From: Hydrurus foetidus | Lineage: Eukaryota | Length of the DNA stretch: 64,000 bases | Direction of reading: 5' to 3' | Assembly (NCBI GenBank): GCA_900617105.1 | Contig: UYFQ01000001.1 | Span: 5,022,001-5,086,000 of the forward strand | Part shown: positions 50,437-59,222 of the stretch, piece after piece | Layout of the letters: every line of letters starts with the position of its first letter | How positions within the stretch are numbered: position 1 is the stretch's first letter | Position numbers and translations under genes: made by a program | Notes under the pieces: generated by a model | Told to the model about the DNA's origin: nothing | What the model saw: only the letters and a program-made list of their open reading frames with translations | Database searches by the model: none

Positions 50437-52400
50437 AGGCGTCGGTGATTCATTTTTATGACAACACCCCACTGCTGGCGCTGGTAGGCAACCCGAATTG
50501 CGGGAAAACTGCGCTATTCAATTTGCTGACGGGCAGCCGCCAAAAGGTGGCCAACTACGCTGGCGTGACCGTTGAGCGCAAAGAAGGCAAGCTGACCACG
50601 CCTGCTGGCAAAGCGCTGCGTGTGCTGGACTTGCCGGGCACCTATAGCTTGTCGCCCCGTTCGCCAGACGAGCGCATCACGCTGGACGTGCTGTATGGCC
50701 GCGCTGCCGGTGAAAAGCGTCCTGACCTAATTGTTTGCGTGGTGGACGCCACCAATTTGCGCCGCAGCCTGCGCCTGGTGCTGTCGGTTAAGAGACTGGG
50801 CGTGCCCTGCGTGGTGGCAGTCAATATGCAAGACCTGGCCAAAGCGCGAGGGCTGAATGTGGATGCGCAAGCGCTGTCGCTTGAACTGAGCTTGCCGGTG
50901 GTAGTAACGGTAGGCACGCAAGGCGGCGGCGATGCGCAATTACGCGCCTTGTTTGACACCGCCAGCCTGTGGCAAAACGGGCAAAACGGGCAAAACAGGC
51001 AAAGCGGGCTAGGCGCACCAGGCGGACAGGGCGGGCAACGCGCCGCGCAAAACAGCTCGATTGACCAGCCAACGCCTGCCGGTGAATCAGCCACGCAAGG
51101 CGATCACGCAACGGTGCAGGGCATGCTGCAGCGCCTGGGCCTGGACAGCTTGATGCCGCACTTGATCAGCGACCGGATTGACCGCTTTGTGCTGCACCCG
51201 GTTTTTGGCCCCGTGTTGCTGGCGCTGGTTTTGTTTTTGATTTTTCAGGCCGTTTTCAGCTGGTCGGCTGTGCCGATGGACGCGATTAAAGCCAGCGCCG
51301 CCTGGCTGGGCACCGCGGTCGGCAATTTGTTGGGCGACGGCTGGCTGAAAAGTCTGGTGGTGGATGGCGTGATAGCTGGCGCGGGCGGCGTGCTGGTGTT
51401 TTTGCCGCAAATCGTGATTTTGTTCTTTTTTATTCTGGTGCTGGAAGAGTCTGGCTACCTGCCGCGCGCGGCTTTTTTGCTTGACCGCATCATGGGCGGC
51501 GTGGGCTTGTCGGGCCGCTCCTTCATTCCGCTGTTGTCGAGCTTCGCCTGCGCGATTCCAGGCATCATGGCGACCCGCAGCATTGCCAACCCGCGTGACA
51601 GGCTGGTCACCATCATGATCGCGCCGCTGATGACCTGCTCGGCGCGCTTACCGGTGTATGCGCTGCTGATTGGCGCATTTATTCCCCAGCGCAGCATTGG
51701 CTGGGGCGGCTGGCTGGAACTGCAGGGCGTGGTGCTGTTTGCGCTTTACGTGTCGGGCATTGCCGGATCGCTGGCGGTGGCCTGGGTGCTCAAGCGCTTG
51801 ACCGCAAGAGGGCAAATACGCACGCTGATGATGGAGTTGCCCAACTACCACTTGCCGAATATCCGTAACGTGGCGATTGGCTTGTGGCAGCGCATCGCCA
51901 TTTTCATGAAGCGGGTAGGCGGCGTGATCATGGTGCTGACGATAGCGCTGTGGTTTTTGGCCAGCTTTCCAGGCGCACCCGCTGGCGCTACCCGCCCAGC
52001 CATCGAATACAGCTTGGCCGGAACGCTCGGCAAGGCGCTGGCCGTCGTGTTTGAGCCGATTGGTTTTAATTGGCAGATCAGCATCGCGCTGGTGCCCGGA
52101 TTGGCTGCGCGTGAAGTAGCCGTCAGTTCGCTGGGCACGGTGTATGCGCTCTCTAGCACCGGCGCAGATACAGCGCAGGCTCTCAGCCCGCTGATCGCCC
52201 AAAACTGGAGCCTGGCAACCGCCCTGTCGTTGCTGGCCTGGTATGTGTTTGCCCCGCAGTGCCTGTCAACACTGGCTACAGTCAAACGTGAAACTGGCGG
52301 CTGGAAAATGCCGATCATCATGGCCAGCTATTTGTTTGGGCTTGCTTACATGGCGTCGTTTGTCACCTATCGGGTGGCCTTGGCGTTGGGCGCTGGCTAA
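50433..52400 (+). CDS. feoB: ferrous iron transport protein B
   Basis: GNPNCGKT, DLPGTYS, LEESGYLPRAA, CSARLPVY. Confidence 0.96.
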   Translation: MKASVIHFYDNTPLLALVGNPNCGKTALFNLLTGSRQKVANYAGVTVERKEGKLTTPAGKALRVLDLPGTYSLSPRSPDERITLDVLYGRAAGEKRPDLIVCVVDATNLRRSLRLVLSVKRLGVPCVVAVNMQDLAKARGLNVDAQALSLELSLPVVVTVGTQGGGDAQLRALFDTASLWQNGQNGQNRQSGLGAPGGQGGQRAAQNSSIDQPTPAGESATQGDHATVQGMLQRLGLDSLMPHLISDRIDRFVLHPVFGPVLLALVLFLIFQAVFSWSAVPMDAIKASAAWLGTAVGNLLGDGWLKSLVVDGVIAGAGGVLVFLPQIVILFFFILVLEESGYLPRAAFLLDRIMGGVGLSGRSFIPLLSSFACAIPGIMATRSIANPRDRLVTIMIAPLMTCSARLPVYALLIGAFIPQRSIGWGGWLELQGVVLFALYVSGIAGSLAVAWVLKRLTARGQIRTLMMELPNYHLPNIRNVAIGLWQRIAIFMKRVGGVIMVLTIALWFLASFPGAPAGATRPAIEYSLAGTLGKALAVVFEPIGFNWQISIALVPGLAAREVAVSSLGTVYALSSTGADTAQALSPLIAQNWSLATALSLLAWYVFAPQCLSTLATVKRETGGWKMPIIMASYLFGLAYMASFVTYRVALALGAG

Positions 52401-52429
52401 CCTGCAACTTGACTATCGCTTGATGACCC

Positions 52430-52999
52430 CTACAGCTCGCGTTGTTTGCGCCCTAGCTGAATGTGCAGCCACAGCCCAAACGGCACCACACAGCCAAAGC
52501 CCCAATGCATCCACGCCGACCACTGGCGTATGCTGCCTTCTGGGGCGTACCAGAGTGCATAGCCGGTAAGGGTAAGCAAGGCGAATGTAAACAGCCCCCC
52601 TGCTCCGCTATTGCGGTTGAATCCCCGACGCCACGCGCCACTCACGTGCAGCGGCAGCAAACTACCCACAGCAACGCAACTGATCAGCGCCCCAATTGCA
52701 TGCAGGCGCATTGACCACTGTTTGCTAGCCTGCCACGGAAATACCGACACGCCCGGGAGAACATCTTGCAGATCTGGCGCCATCGCGTACAGCGCAAGCC
52801 ACGCCAGTCCGGTTGCTGTCAGCAGCGCTGTGCTGCCGTAGATGCTCCAGCGTTGCCACGTCGGCAAACGTGTTGGCGCACTTATCCATCGGTGATGTTT
52901 TATGGCGTGAGTTGGCTCGCGCGAAGGGGCAGGCGACGCTCTGCTACGGGCGGAGCGGTGGCGGTCGGGCATGTCGGGCATGTCGGGCATGTCGGGCAT
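52430..52999 (-). CDS. 4-TM membrane protein with four TM histidines (cytochrome b-like); start uncertain
   Basis: MRLHAIG, LPLHVSG, WMHWGFG, LWLHIQL; last gene of the apbE operon. Confidence 0.65.
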   Translation of the reverse strand: MPDMPDMPDMPDRHRSARSRASPAPSREPTHAIKHHRWISAPTRLPTWQRWSIYGSTALLTATGLAWLALYAMAPDLQDVLPGVSVFPWQASKQWSMRLHAIGALISCVAVGSLLPLHVSGAWRRGFNRNSGAGGLFTFALLTLTGYALWYAPEGSIRQWSAWMHWGFGCVVPFGLWLHIQLGRKQREL

Positions 53000-53007
53000 G
53001 TCGGGCA
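52964..53007. repeat. 9-bp tandem repeat (GTCGGGCAT x4.9)
   Basis: Read directly; encodes (MPD)4 on the minus strand. Confidence 0.9.
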
Positions 53008-53010
53008 GTG

Positions 53011-53820
53011 TCAGTCAAAAATCCACGCTTGGGCTGCGTAGTCTGAAAAAATTCGGTGGCTGGAATCGCCACTGGCCGCCAGCACTTTAGTCAACGCGTC
53101 GGCGGCCATGCAAGTAGGCGCGCTGATAGTCCAGCTTGCTGGACCACACACCCGCGCCCGTGTGCTGCCATGACGCAGCAGGGGCTTGTTAGGCAAGCAG
53201 TGCGCCGATGTGGCAGCTGAACGGTCCTGCAGCACCGTGCAGTGGTGAAGGGTGGAAGGTTCGCGCGCTGAGCGCACCAAAAGCGGCTGACTGGCTGCAC
53301 CGAACACCCGCAAGTCGCCGCCAGCGTTAACCCAGCCGCCGGGTACACCTGCAGCTTGCAATGCTTGCACTGCGCTGTCGACTGCATAACCCTTGGCTAC
53401 GCCGCTCAGATCTAGCGACAACGCTGCGCGTTTGCGTATCCGCTGCTGCGCCGCATCCAGCACTAGCGAGCGCCAGTCGCCGCCGGTGCAGCAAACATCA
53501 AAAACGCCTGCAGATAATTGGCTCAGCTGCAGCGAGAAAGCCAGCACTTCCGAAAAAGCTGAACTGACCGGCATCCACAAACCAGCTTTGAGGGCGTTGA
53601 ACACCGACAACTCGCTGCAAGCCGACTGATGGCTCATGGTGGTATGCACGTGAGCAATGACGGCAAAGGCGTTTTCAATTGCCTGCGCGGTGTGCTGGGA
53701 CACTTCACCCGACTCAGTTTGCAGCGCTGCCACCTCCACGAGTGTGCCCAGCCACGGGCGCGCGCGCCTATGAGCAGTAGTCGATCGCACAGCCTCGCTA
53801 TGCAGGAAGTGATCCAGCAT
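53011..53820 (-). CDS. apbE: FAD:protein FMN transferase (ApbE family)
   Basis: LGTLVEV, DLSGVAKGYAVD, VNAGGDL, AATSA, ADALT. Confidence 0.88.
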   Translation of the reverse strand: MLDHFLHSEAVRSTTAHRRARPWLGTLVEVAALQTESGEVSQHTAQAIENAFAVIAHVHTTMSHQSACSELSVFNALKAGLWMPVSSAFSEVLAFSLQLSQLSAGVFDVCCTGGDWRSLVLDAAQQRIRKRAALSLDLSGVAKGYAVDSAVQALQAAGVPGGWVNAGGDLRVFGAASQPLLVRSAREPSTLHHCTVLQDRSAATSAHCLPNKPLLRHGSTRARVCGPASWTISAPTCMAADALTKVLAASGDSSHRIFSDYAAQAWIFD

Positions 53821-54358
53821 CGCGAAGTACCGACAGCACCGCCACTATGCGCCTGACGCCGTCTGTCAGGTGTTCGCACGACAAAGTAGCGCCGCTGATC
53901 AGCGCGATATCCTCACCCACCTTGAGTGCTGCCGCCTCTGTTTTACCCAAAAACTGTTTGCGCCAGGCGGGCAGTCGTATCTCCGAGCCGTGGCTTTCGC
54001 GGTAACTCAGAATCTCGACGCCGCGAATGCTGCCATTGGTGTCAACCGCAACCGCGTAAGTAATCAGCTCATACTTTCCCACGACTTGGTCAACCACTAC
54101 CGATCCCATCGATTTGCCGTTAGCATCCAGTGCGTGTAGCAGTTTCCAGTTGGCGCTGCGGGCTGGCACCTTGCCCAGCTTGGCTACAGAAACCAACTGT
54201 TCAGCGCTCAAGACGGCTGACTTTTCAGCCCATTGCACCGCCAGCGGGAACATTTGGGCTTGTGCTTGCTGCACCGTCAAATAATCAACCGCAAATGCAT
54301 TGCTGCTGACCGCAGCGAGAGCAGTCGCGGCAAAGGTTAACGCTGCATGGCGCATCAA
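53798..54358 (-). CDS. periplasmic FMN-binding (flavinylated) protein
   Basis: Signal peptide; YRESHG, W..QF.GK, flavinylation motif ISGATLS. Confidence 0.85.
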   Translation of the reverse strand: MMRHAALTFAATALAAVSSNAFAVDYLTVQQAQAQMFPLAVQWAEKSAVLSAEQLVSVAKLGKVPARSANWKLLHALDANGKSMGSVVVDQVVGKYELITYAVAVDTNGSIRGVEILSYRESHGSEIRLPAWRKQFLGKTEAAALKVGEDIALISGATLSCEHLTDGVRRIVAVLSVLRDAGSLPA

Positions 54359-55667
54359 AACGAGTATCCAAGACCAACATTAAAGCGATTGGCGTTTTTA
54401 TTCACGCTGAACGACTGGTAATCGGCCTTGACCACTACACCGGGCGCCAACACAAAGTTGCCACCCAGCGTCATCACCCGCTCGTACGGATCGGCAGGTC
54501 GACCCAAACCGATCGGGAATCCTGAGTAAGCCTTAGCGGTGTTAAACCGTTCGTATCGAGCAAAAGGAGAAAATCTATAGTCTCCCTTGGACCACAACTG
54601 GTATGCGGCCTGCACGTAGTATCCGTCAAATTTCGATGGGATTGGCGTCGAGTCTCCCGAGAACGGAACGTTGAGCTTGGCCGTGTCAGAAATGCTGCCA
54701 GCGGCATACACCGCTGACAAATCCCACTTACCAGGCGTCCAGCGGGCGTGCAGGTCGTAAACTGTAACGCGTGGCTTCGCATTAATTAATTGGCTGTGGC
54801 CTGCACCGCCGCTAAACACACTAGCGCCTAGCGTTAGACCGGGAACACCCCGCCAGTTAAGCGCACCAAACACGCTCAGATTTTTGGCACGGGCAAATTG
54901 CCCCTCTTGGTGAACACTGGCCAGCGGGGATTCTTTGCCCTCAGCGGCTTGCGAGTCCCACTTACCCAAATCAAAACCGCTGGCTACACCCGCGTTCCAC
55001 GTGATTCCGTTGGCAAGCGTCCCAACGGCCATCACACCCACTTCACGCCAAGTACTTGGAATAATGGCCGTTTCAATAAAGTTCCGCTCCACCCCGTAAA
55101 CGCTGACGGCTCGTGGTTTTCATTGAGCAGACCTGACGGAATTAAAAATAGGCCTCCTCTGAGCGCGAGATTTGGCGTCAACTGGTGCTCGATATAGGCC
55201 TGTTCAATGGCAGTTTCACCGCGGTCAGTAGCCGACACTACCGCATGCTCCCATTCAAATTCACCAACAAATTTGGTGTTTTCGTTGAATCGGTGCTGAA
55301 CACCCAAAACGACGCGGCGCACATCAAGTTGCGCGTCTTTACTGCTCTTGGTCGGCCGGTTGTAGTTGATCTCGCCGTACCCGCTGAGCACGGTGTTCGA
55401 GGACATTTTCAGGCCGCTGCCGGCTACGGTGGCAACCTCGGCTGCTGCAGCTGACGCGGTAACTGACGCTTTTTGCGCGGTGGCTTCGGTTTGACTTTGC
55501 GCTGCTTTAAGCTGCGTTACTTCAGCTCGCAGGCTTTGCACTTCAGCAGCCATGGCTTCCATGCGCTGCAGCAATTGATCCGCGCTGGTTTGAGCGGTAG
55601 CAGCACCGGCAGCACTGATCAGCACCAGGGCTGAACAAATGGGAAGCAGTCGGAAAGGTATTTTCAT
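54355..55667 (-). pseudogene. outer-membrane porin gene split by a 1-nt frameshift near 55098-55100
   Basis: Signal peptide, coiled-coil, GYGEINY...NENHEPSAF, then frame switch to (Y)GVERNFIETAIIPSTWRE...GYSF. Confidence 0.8.
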
Positions 55668-55730
55668 AAAGGTGATTTTGGCGGGTTGATTGATTTGGGT
55701 TGAAGCGTGTTCAGCGTGGATTAGCGCGAC

Positions 55731-57062
55731 TTAGGCAGGGGCGTAGCGCAGTGAGCCAAACAGCCCTGCGGGTGCGTCACCTTCAGGCCCTGCGCCAAAG
55801 TACAAAGCGTCGCTGTCACCCAGGCTCACGCCGTTGCCGAACTGCAAACTCCAGACGCCTGCGATAGCCACAAAAGTGTTGTCACGGTTGCGTAAAAAAC
55901 CCACAAAGTCGCCGGTGCTGCCGTTGAAAGCGGCAATCAAACCGGCGCCGCCAAAGTTCGCCACCAATACCGCTCCTGCAAATGCGCCAAACGATGGTGG
56001 CGCAATGGCTACGCCCCATGGGGCATTGAGGCGTTTCTCATCTTTGTAGATTCGCACCACGTCTCCAGTCAAGGTGTATTCGACCAAACGGCCACGATCG
56101 GTGGCGTAGCCGCTGGCTTTTTCTGGCGCCGCTTCAACTGAGTCTTCTTCGCCCGCGAAAAATTTACTCGGGTCGTTTGCGTCTACCCGTGATTTTGCGT
56201 AGCTGACAAACACCCTCGAGCCTAAAGCCTGAATATTGAACGGCACAAAGTCACCGGGCAATGCAACACCCCCGGCACCAGTTGCGAAAGGGTTAGCAAA
56301 GCCCACCGTGGGCACCAACGCCCAGCTGGCGTCAAATTGCAAAATTTGCGGCGTTGCACCAAAGTCGGCGACCCACATCGTGTCCCACGTGTCGGTTTTC
56401 AGCGCTACACCAAAGAACGCTGAGCCATTGGCCGTGCCGTCGTACACCTGGACACTGGCCCCATCGTTGCGCAAGATTCCGCTGGGCACTTGCGCGGTGT
56501 CACTGGTGCCGTCGGTCCAGGCCGCGACATATCCGGTGTCGGTCACGAAAACAAAACGGGCAGAGCCGTCCATTGTCACCAAGGTGCTGCTGCCGGGCGT
56601 CAAGGGCATTTTTTGGCCGGTCGGCACGAAACTAGCGGACTTCACAGGCGAGCCGACATACGCCACGCCAGTGGTAGCGCCGGGCACCGCCGGGTCTTTG
56701 GTTGCTGGAACCAAAACTCGCTTCAAACCGTCAGTAGTGAGCGTACGCAACGCCGGATTGGCGTTAGCTTTGACGTCGCCAATAAATTCCCAAGATGACC
56801 CCCCTGCACCCACCCAAAAGTGCCCGCCAGCACCGGCTGGTCGAATTGCCAGCCCCCAAGCGCCCACCATTGCAGGAATGGTCATCAGCGCTTTATAGCT
56901 ATCGTTTGAGGCAACCAAATTGGCTACCTCAAATTTGTTTTGCGCACCAAGTGCCGTGCCAGCGCCGCCACTGTCGCCGCTGGCGCTGCCTTCGCCGCCA
57001 CCCCCGCAAGCGGTTAGGGCTGCAGCCGACGTGGCGGCGAATACGAAGTTTCTGCGTTGCAT
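55731..57062 (-). CDS. TIGR03118-like Tat lipoprotein
   Basis: MQRRNF...LTAC signal; NLVA, AWGLA, PFNIQ, LNAPWGVA, LVANFG, LYFGAG. Confidence 0.75.
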   Translation of the reverse strand: MQRRNFVFAATSAAALTACGGGGEGSASGDSGGAGTALGAQNKFEVANLVASNDSYKALMTIPAMVGAWGLAIRPAGAGGHFWVGAGGSSWEFIGDVKANANPALRTLTTDGLKRVLVPATKDPAVPGATTGVAYVGSPVKSASFVPTGQKMPLTPGSSTLVTMDGSARFVFVTDTGYVAAWTDGTSDTAQVPSGILRNDGASVQVYDGTANGSAFFGVALKTDTWDTMWVADFGATPQILQFDASWALVPTVGFANPFATGAGGVALPGDFVPFNIQALGSRVFVSYAKSRVDANDPSKFFAGEEDSVEAAPEKASGYATDRGRLVEYTLTGDVVRIYKDEKRLNAPWGVAIAPPSFGAFAGAVLVANFGGAGLIAAFNGSTGDFVGFLRNRDNTFVAIAGVWSLQFGNGVSLGDSDALYFGAGPEGDAPAGLFGSLRYAPA

Positions 57063-57114
57063 TGAGGCTTTCACTGCGTTAAAAGTATTAGCTAGAAACG
57101 CAAGTGTACTTGTT

Positions 57115-57133
57115 AATGCGAATTATTCTCGTT
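57115..57133. promoter_or_regulatory. Fur-type box upstream of the TIGR03118 operon
   Basis: AATGCGAATTATTCTCGTT. Confidence 0.75.
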
Positions 57134-57210
57134 CGTAATAATAAATATTTTGCGAAAATTGCTGAAACGCTGAAGACGGATGGACTTTTAACTACTTGTA
57201 GAACAATTTT

Positions 57211-57260
57211 GACCCATAAACGAGACGAATACGGGCGCAAACAGCTCCTGATTTAATAGC
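57211..57260 (-). repeat. REP-like element copy 13; supplies the MFS stop codon
   Basis: AATACGGGCGCAAACAGCTCCTGATTTAATAGC. Confidence 0.75.
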
Positions 57261-58533
57261 GTAAAAACACGCCTTTTGGGTACGCCCTTGCGAGTCCAAC
57301 AAACATCAGCGCCCCCAGTAACAACGACGCCGACGCTATTTCAAGCGCCACGTTAAAGCCTTGAGCCACTGTGGCGCTTCGGCTTAGCAACCACGCCGCC
57401 AGCGGTGGCCCAGCCACTTGACCCAAGCCATAAACGGCGGTCAGCAGGCCGGTGTAGCTTGCCGCGCTGTGCGGTTTTAGTCGGCGCACCTCTTGCATGG
57501 CAAAAAATGTAATGGCAGTAAATGGCAGACCCAACAGCAAGCTGCCCACCGCGAAGCCAAACGCTGTCGGTAGCCACACCGTAAGAATGACGCCTAGCGC
57601 CTGCAGCAAATAGCAAGCGGCCAGCACGTAGCGCAAATCACCTTTGAGCGATACGCGGGTTGACAACACCGCACCTGCAACCACGGCTACACCAAACAGC
57701 GGCCAAAACAAATCTAACCAAGCTGAGCCGGGCATGACTTGCCGGGCAATCACCGGCAAAAACGTCGCAGTGATGATGTAGCCCAAGCCGTCTAGCCCGT
57801 AGGCAATGGCCAGCCACAACATGTGCCATTGGCTGGTGTGCGGCGGCTTGACAGCTGCTGGCGTAGCGGGCTTAAAGCTTTCAGATGCAGATGGCTTGAC
57901 GGCGGTAACCGCCGCGCGCGGCTGGGCAAATGTGCGCCACACCATCGCCGTGAGCACGCAGGCCAGCGCGCCAAAAATCACCCACCCTGTAGCCGCCTTC
58001 CAGCCAAGCGCGACCATGCCGCTGGCCAACACGCCGCTGATCGTGATGCCGACCCCCGGGCCGGTATACATGATGCCGCCCAGGTTGCTGGCGTTGTGCT
58101 CAGCCAAGCGCGCAAGGCACCAGCCCGACGTAAACACAAATACGAATGCGCTGGCCACGCCTGCTGCAAAACGCAGCCAGGGCCACAACGCGGGCACCTG
58201 TAGCGCCATGCCAAGCGTTAAAACGCATGTGGCCGCCAACCCGCTTTGCAGCCAGGTGGTAGCAAATACCGCGGGCAACGCGGCAAACCGCGACCAGATG
58301 AAGGGCTGGAACGTACACAGCAGCGCACCGACCATGTAGCCCAAATAATTGGCGCTGGCTAAAAAGCTGGCACCGGGCAAATCAACGACGCCGTCAGCCA
58401 GCATCATGGGAAGCAGCGGCGTAAACGCAAAGCGGCCAATGCCCATAGCCACAGCCAGCGCAAATGCGCCAGCCAATGCAATTGACCACGGGCTGCCTAA
58501 TCCGCGCTGCAGCCTGCGGGTTTTGTGGTTCAC
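57253..58533 (-). CDS. YbfB/YjiJ-family MFS transporter
   Basis: AMGIGRFAFTPLLP, ANYLGY, GYIITATFLP. Confidence 0.88.
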   Translation of the reverse strand: MNHKTRRLQRGLGSPWSIALAGAFALAVAMGIGRFAFTPLLPMMLADGVVDLPGASFLASANYLGYMVGALLCTFQPFIWSRFAALPAVFATTWLQSGLAATCVLTLGMALQVPALWPWLRFAAGVASAFVFVFTSGWCLARLAEHNASNLGGIMYTGPGVGITISGVLASGMVALGWKAATGWVIFGALACVLTAMVWRTFAQPRAAVTAVKPSASESFKPATPAAVKPPHTSQWHMLWLAIAYGLDGLGYIITATFLPVIARQVMPGSAWLDLFWPLFGVAVVAGAVLSTRVSLKGDLRYVLAACYLLQALGVILTVWLPTAFGFAVGSLLLGLPFTAITFFAMQEVRRLKPHSAASYTGLLTAVYGLGQVAGPPLAAWLLSRSATVAQGFNVALEIASASLLLGALMFVGLARAYPKGVFLRY

Positions 58534-58535
58534 GC

Positions 58536-59222
58536 TCAGGGCTTAAGCGTGAGGGCGATGCGCCGCTGCAAACGCGCGGCTTCAGCGCTGTCACCGGCTT
58601 TGTCTGCCAGCGCGAGTTGCACGCCCAGCCACGCCAGCAGTGGCCTGCGCCAGCCCTGGCTCGAGGCGGCATCTACCGCTGCCTGCACAGCCGCTGGGCT
58701 GGCCTGCCCGGCCTGGAAAGCCGTGCCCACCGCGATCAGTTTGGCTAGTGGGTTAACCGATGGGTCAACCGATAAACCTGCTATTGAATCAGTAGCTGCT
58801 GGCGCCCTATTAATGGCGGCTTTAGCACTTATTTGCTGTGATTTTGGCAACAAAATGACGTCTTGCGGAGCGAGTTTGCCTGTAAGGTAATCGGCATAGG
58901 CTCGCTCGGCAGCCGGCGCGTCCTGGCGCAGTTTTTCAAAGCTGGCGCAGGGCTCAAACACCAAGCTGGCCACGCGGCTGGCGCAGGCCAGCAGCTCGGC
59001 GCGCGCCATTAAATCGACCCGGCCTGTGCTGCTTATTTCTTTTCGGGCAGTGGCCATCTCTGCCGCTTCTACGCGGCTGTTGCCCTCCAGGTAGGCCGCC
59101 ACTGCGCGCTCGGTGGCGCCCTTGGCATTGAGCTGCCACTCGGCAGGCTTGGGGCCGGATGCGCAAGCGCTCAACGCCACGCACAGGCAAATCAGGTTAA
59201 TTTTTAGAGTGCAGGCATTCAT
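58536..59222 (-). CDS. lipoprotein associated with mlaD/mlaE
   Basis: LSAC lipobox; ASSQGWRRPLLAWL. Confidence 0.75.
   Translation of the reverse strand: MNACTLKINLICLCVALSACASGPKPAEWQLNAKGATERAVAAYLEGNSRVEAAEMATARKEISSTGRVDLMARAELLACASRVASLVFEPCASFEKLRQDAPAAERAYADYLTGKLAPQDVILLPKSQQISAKAAINRAPAATDSIAGLSVDPSVNPLAKLIAVGTAFQAGQASPAAVQAAVDAASSQGWRRPLLAWLGVQLALADKAGDSAEAARLQRRIALTLKP
58780..58827 (+). repeat. REP-like element copy 14, in-frame in the lipoprotein
   Basis: GCTATTGAATCAGTAGCTGCTGGCGCCCTATTAATGGCGGCT; encodes KAAINRAPAATDSIA. Confidence 0.75.

Noticed and set aside
55095..55102. Programmed frameshift or phase variation in the porin
   Set aside because: Only a 3-nt run with no slippery heptamer; a mutation or sequencing error is more likely.
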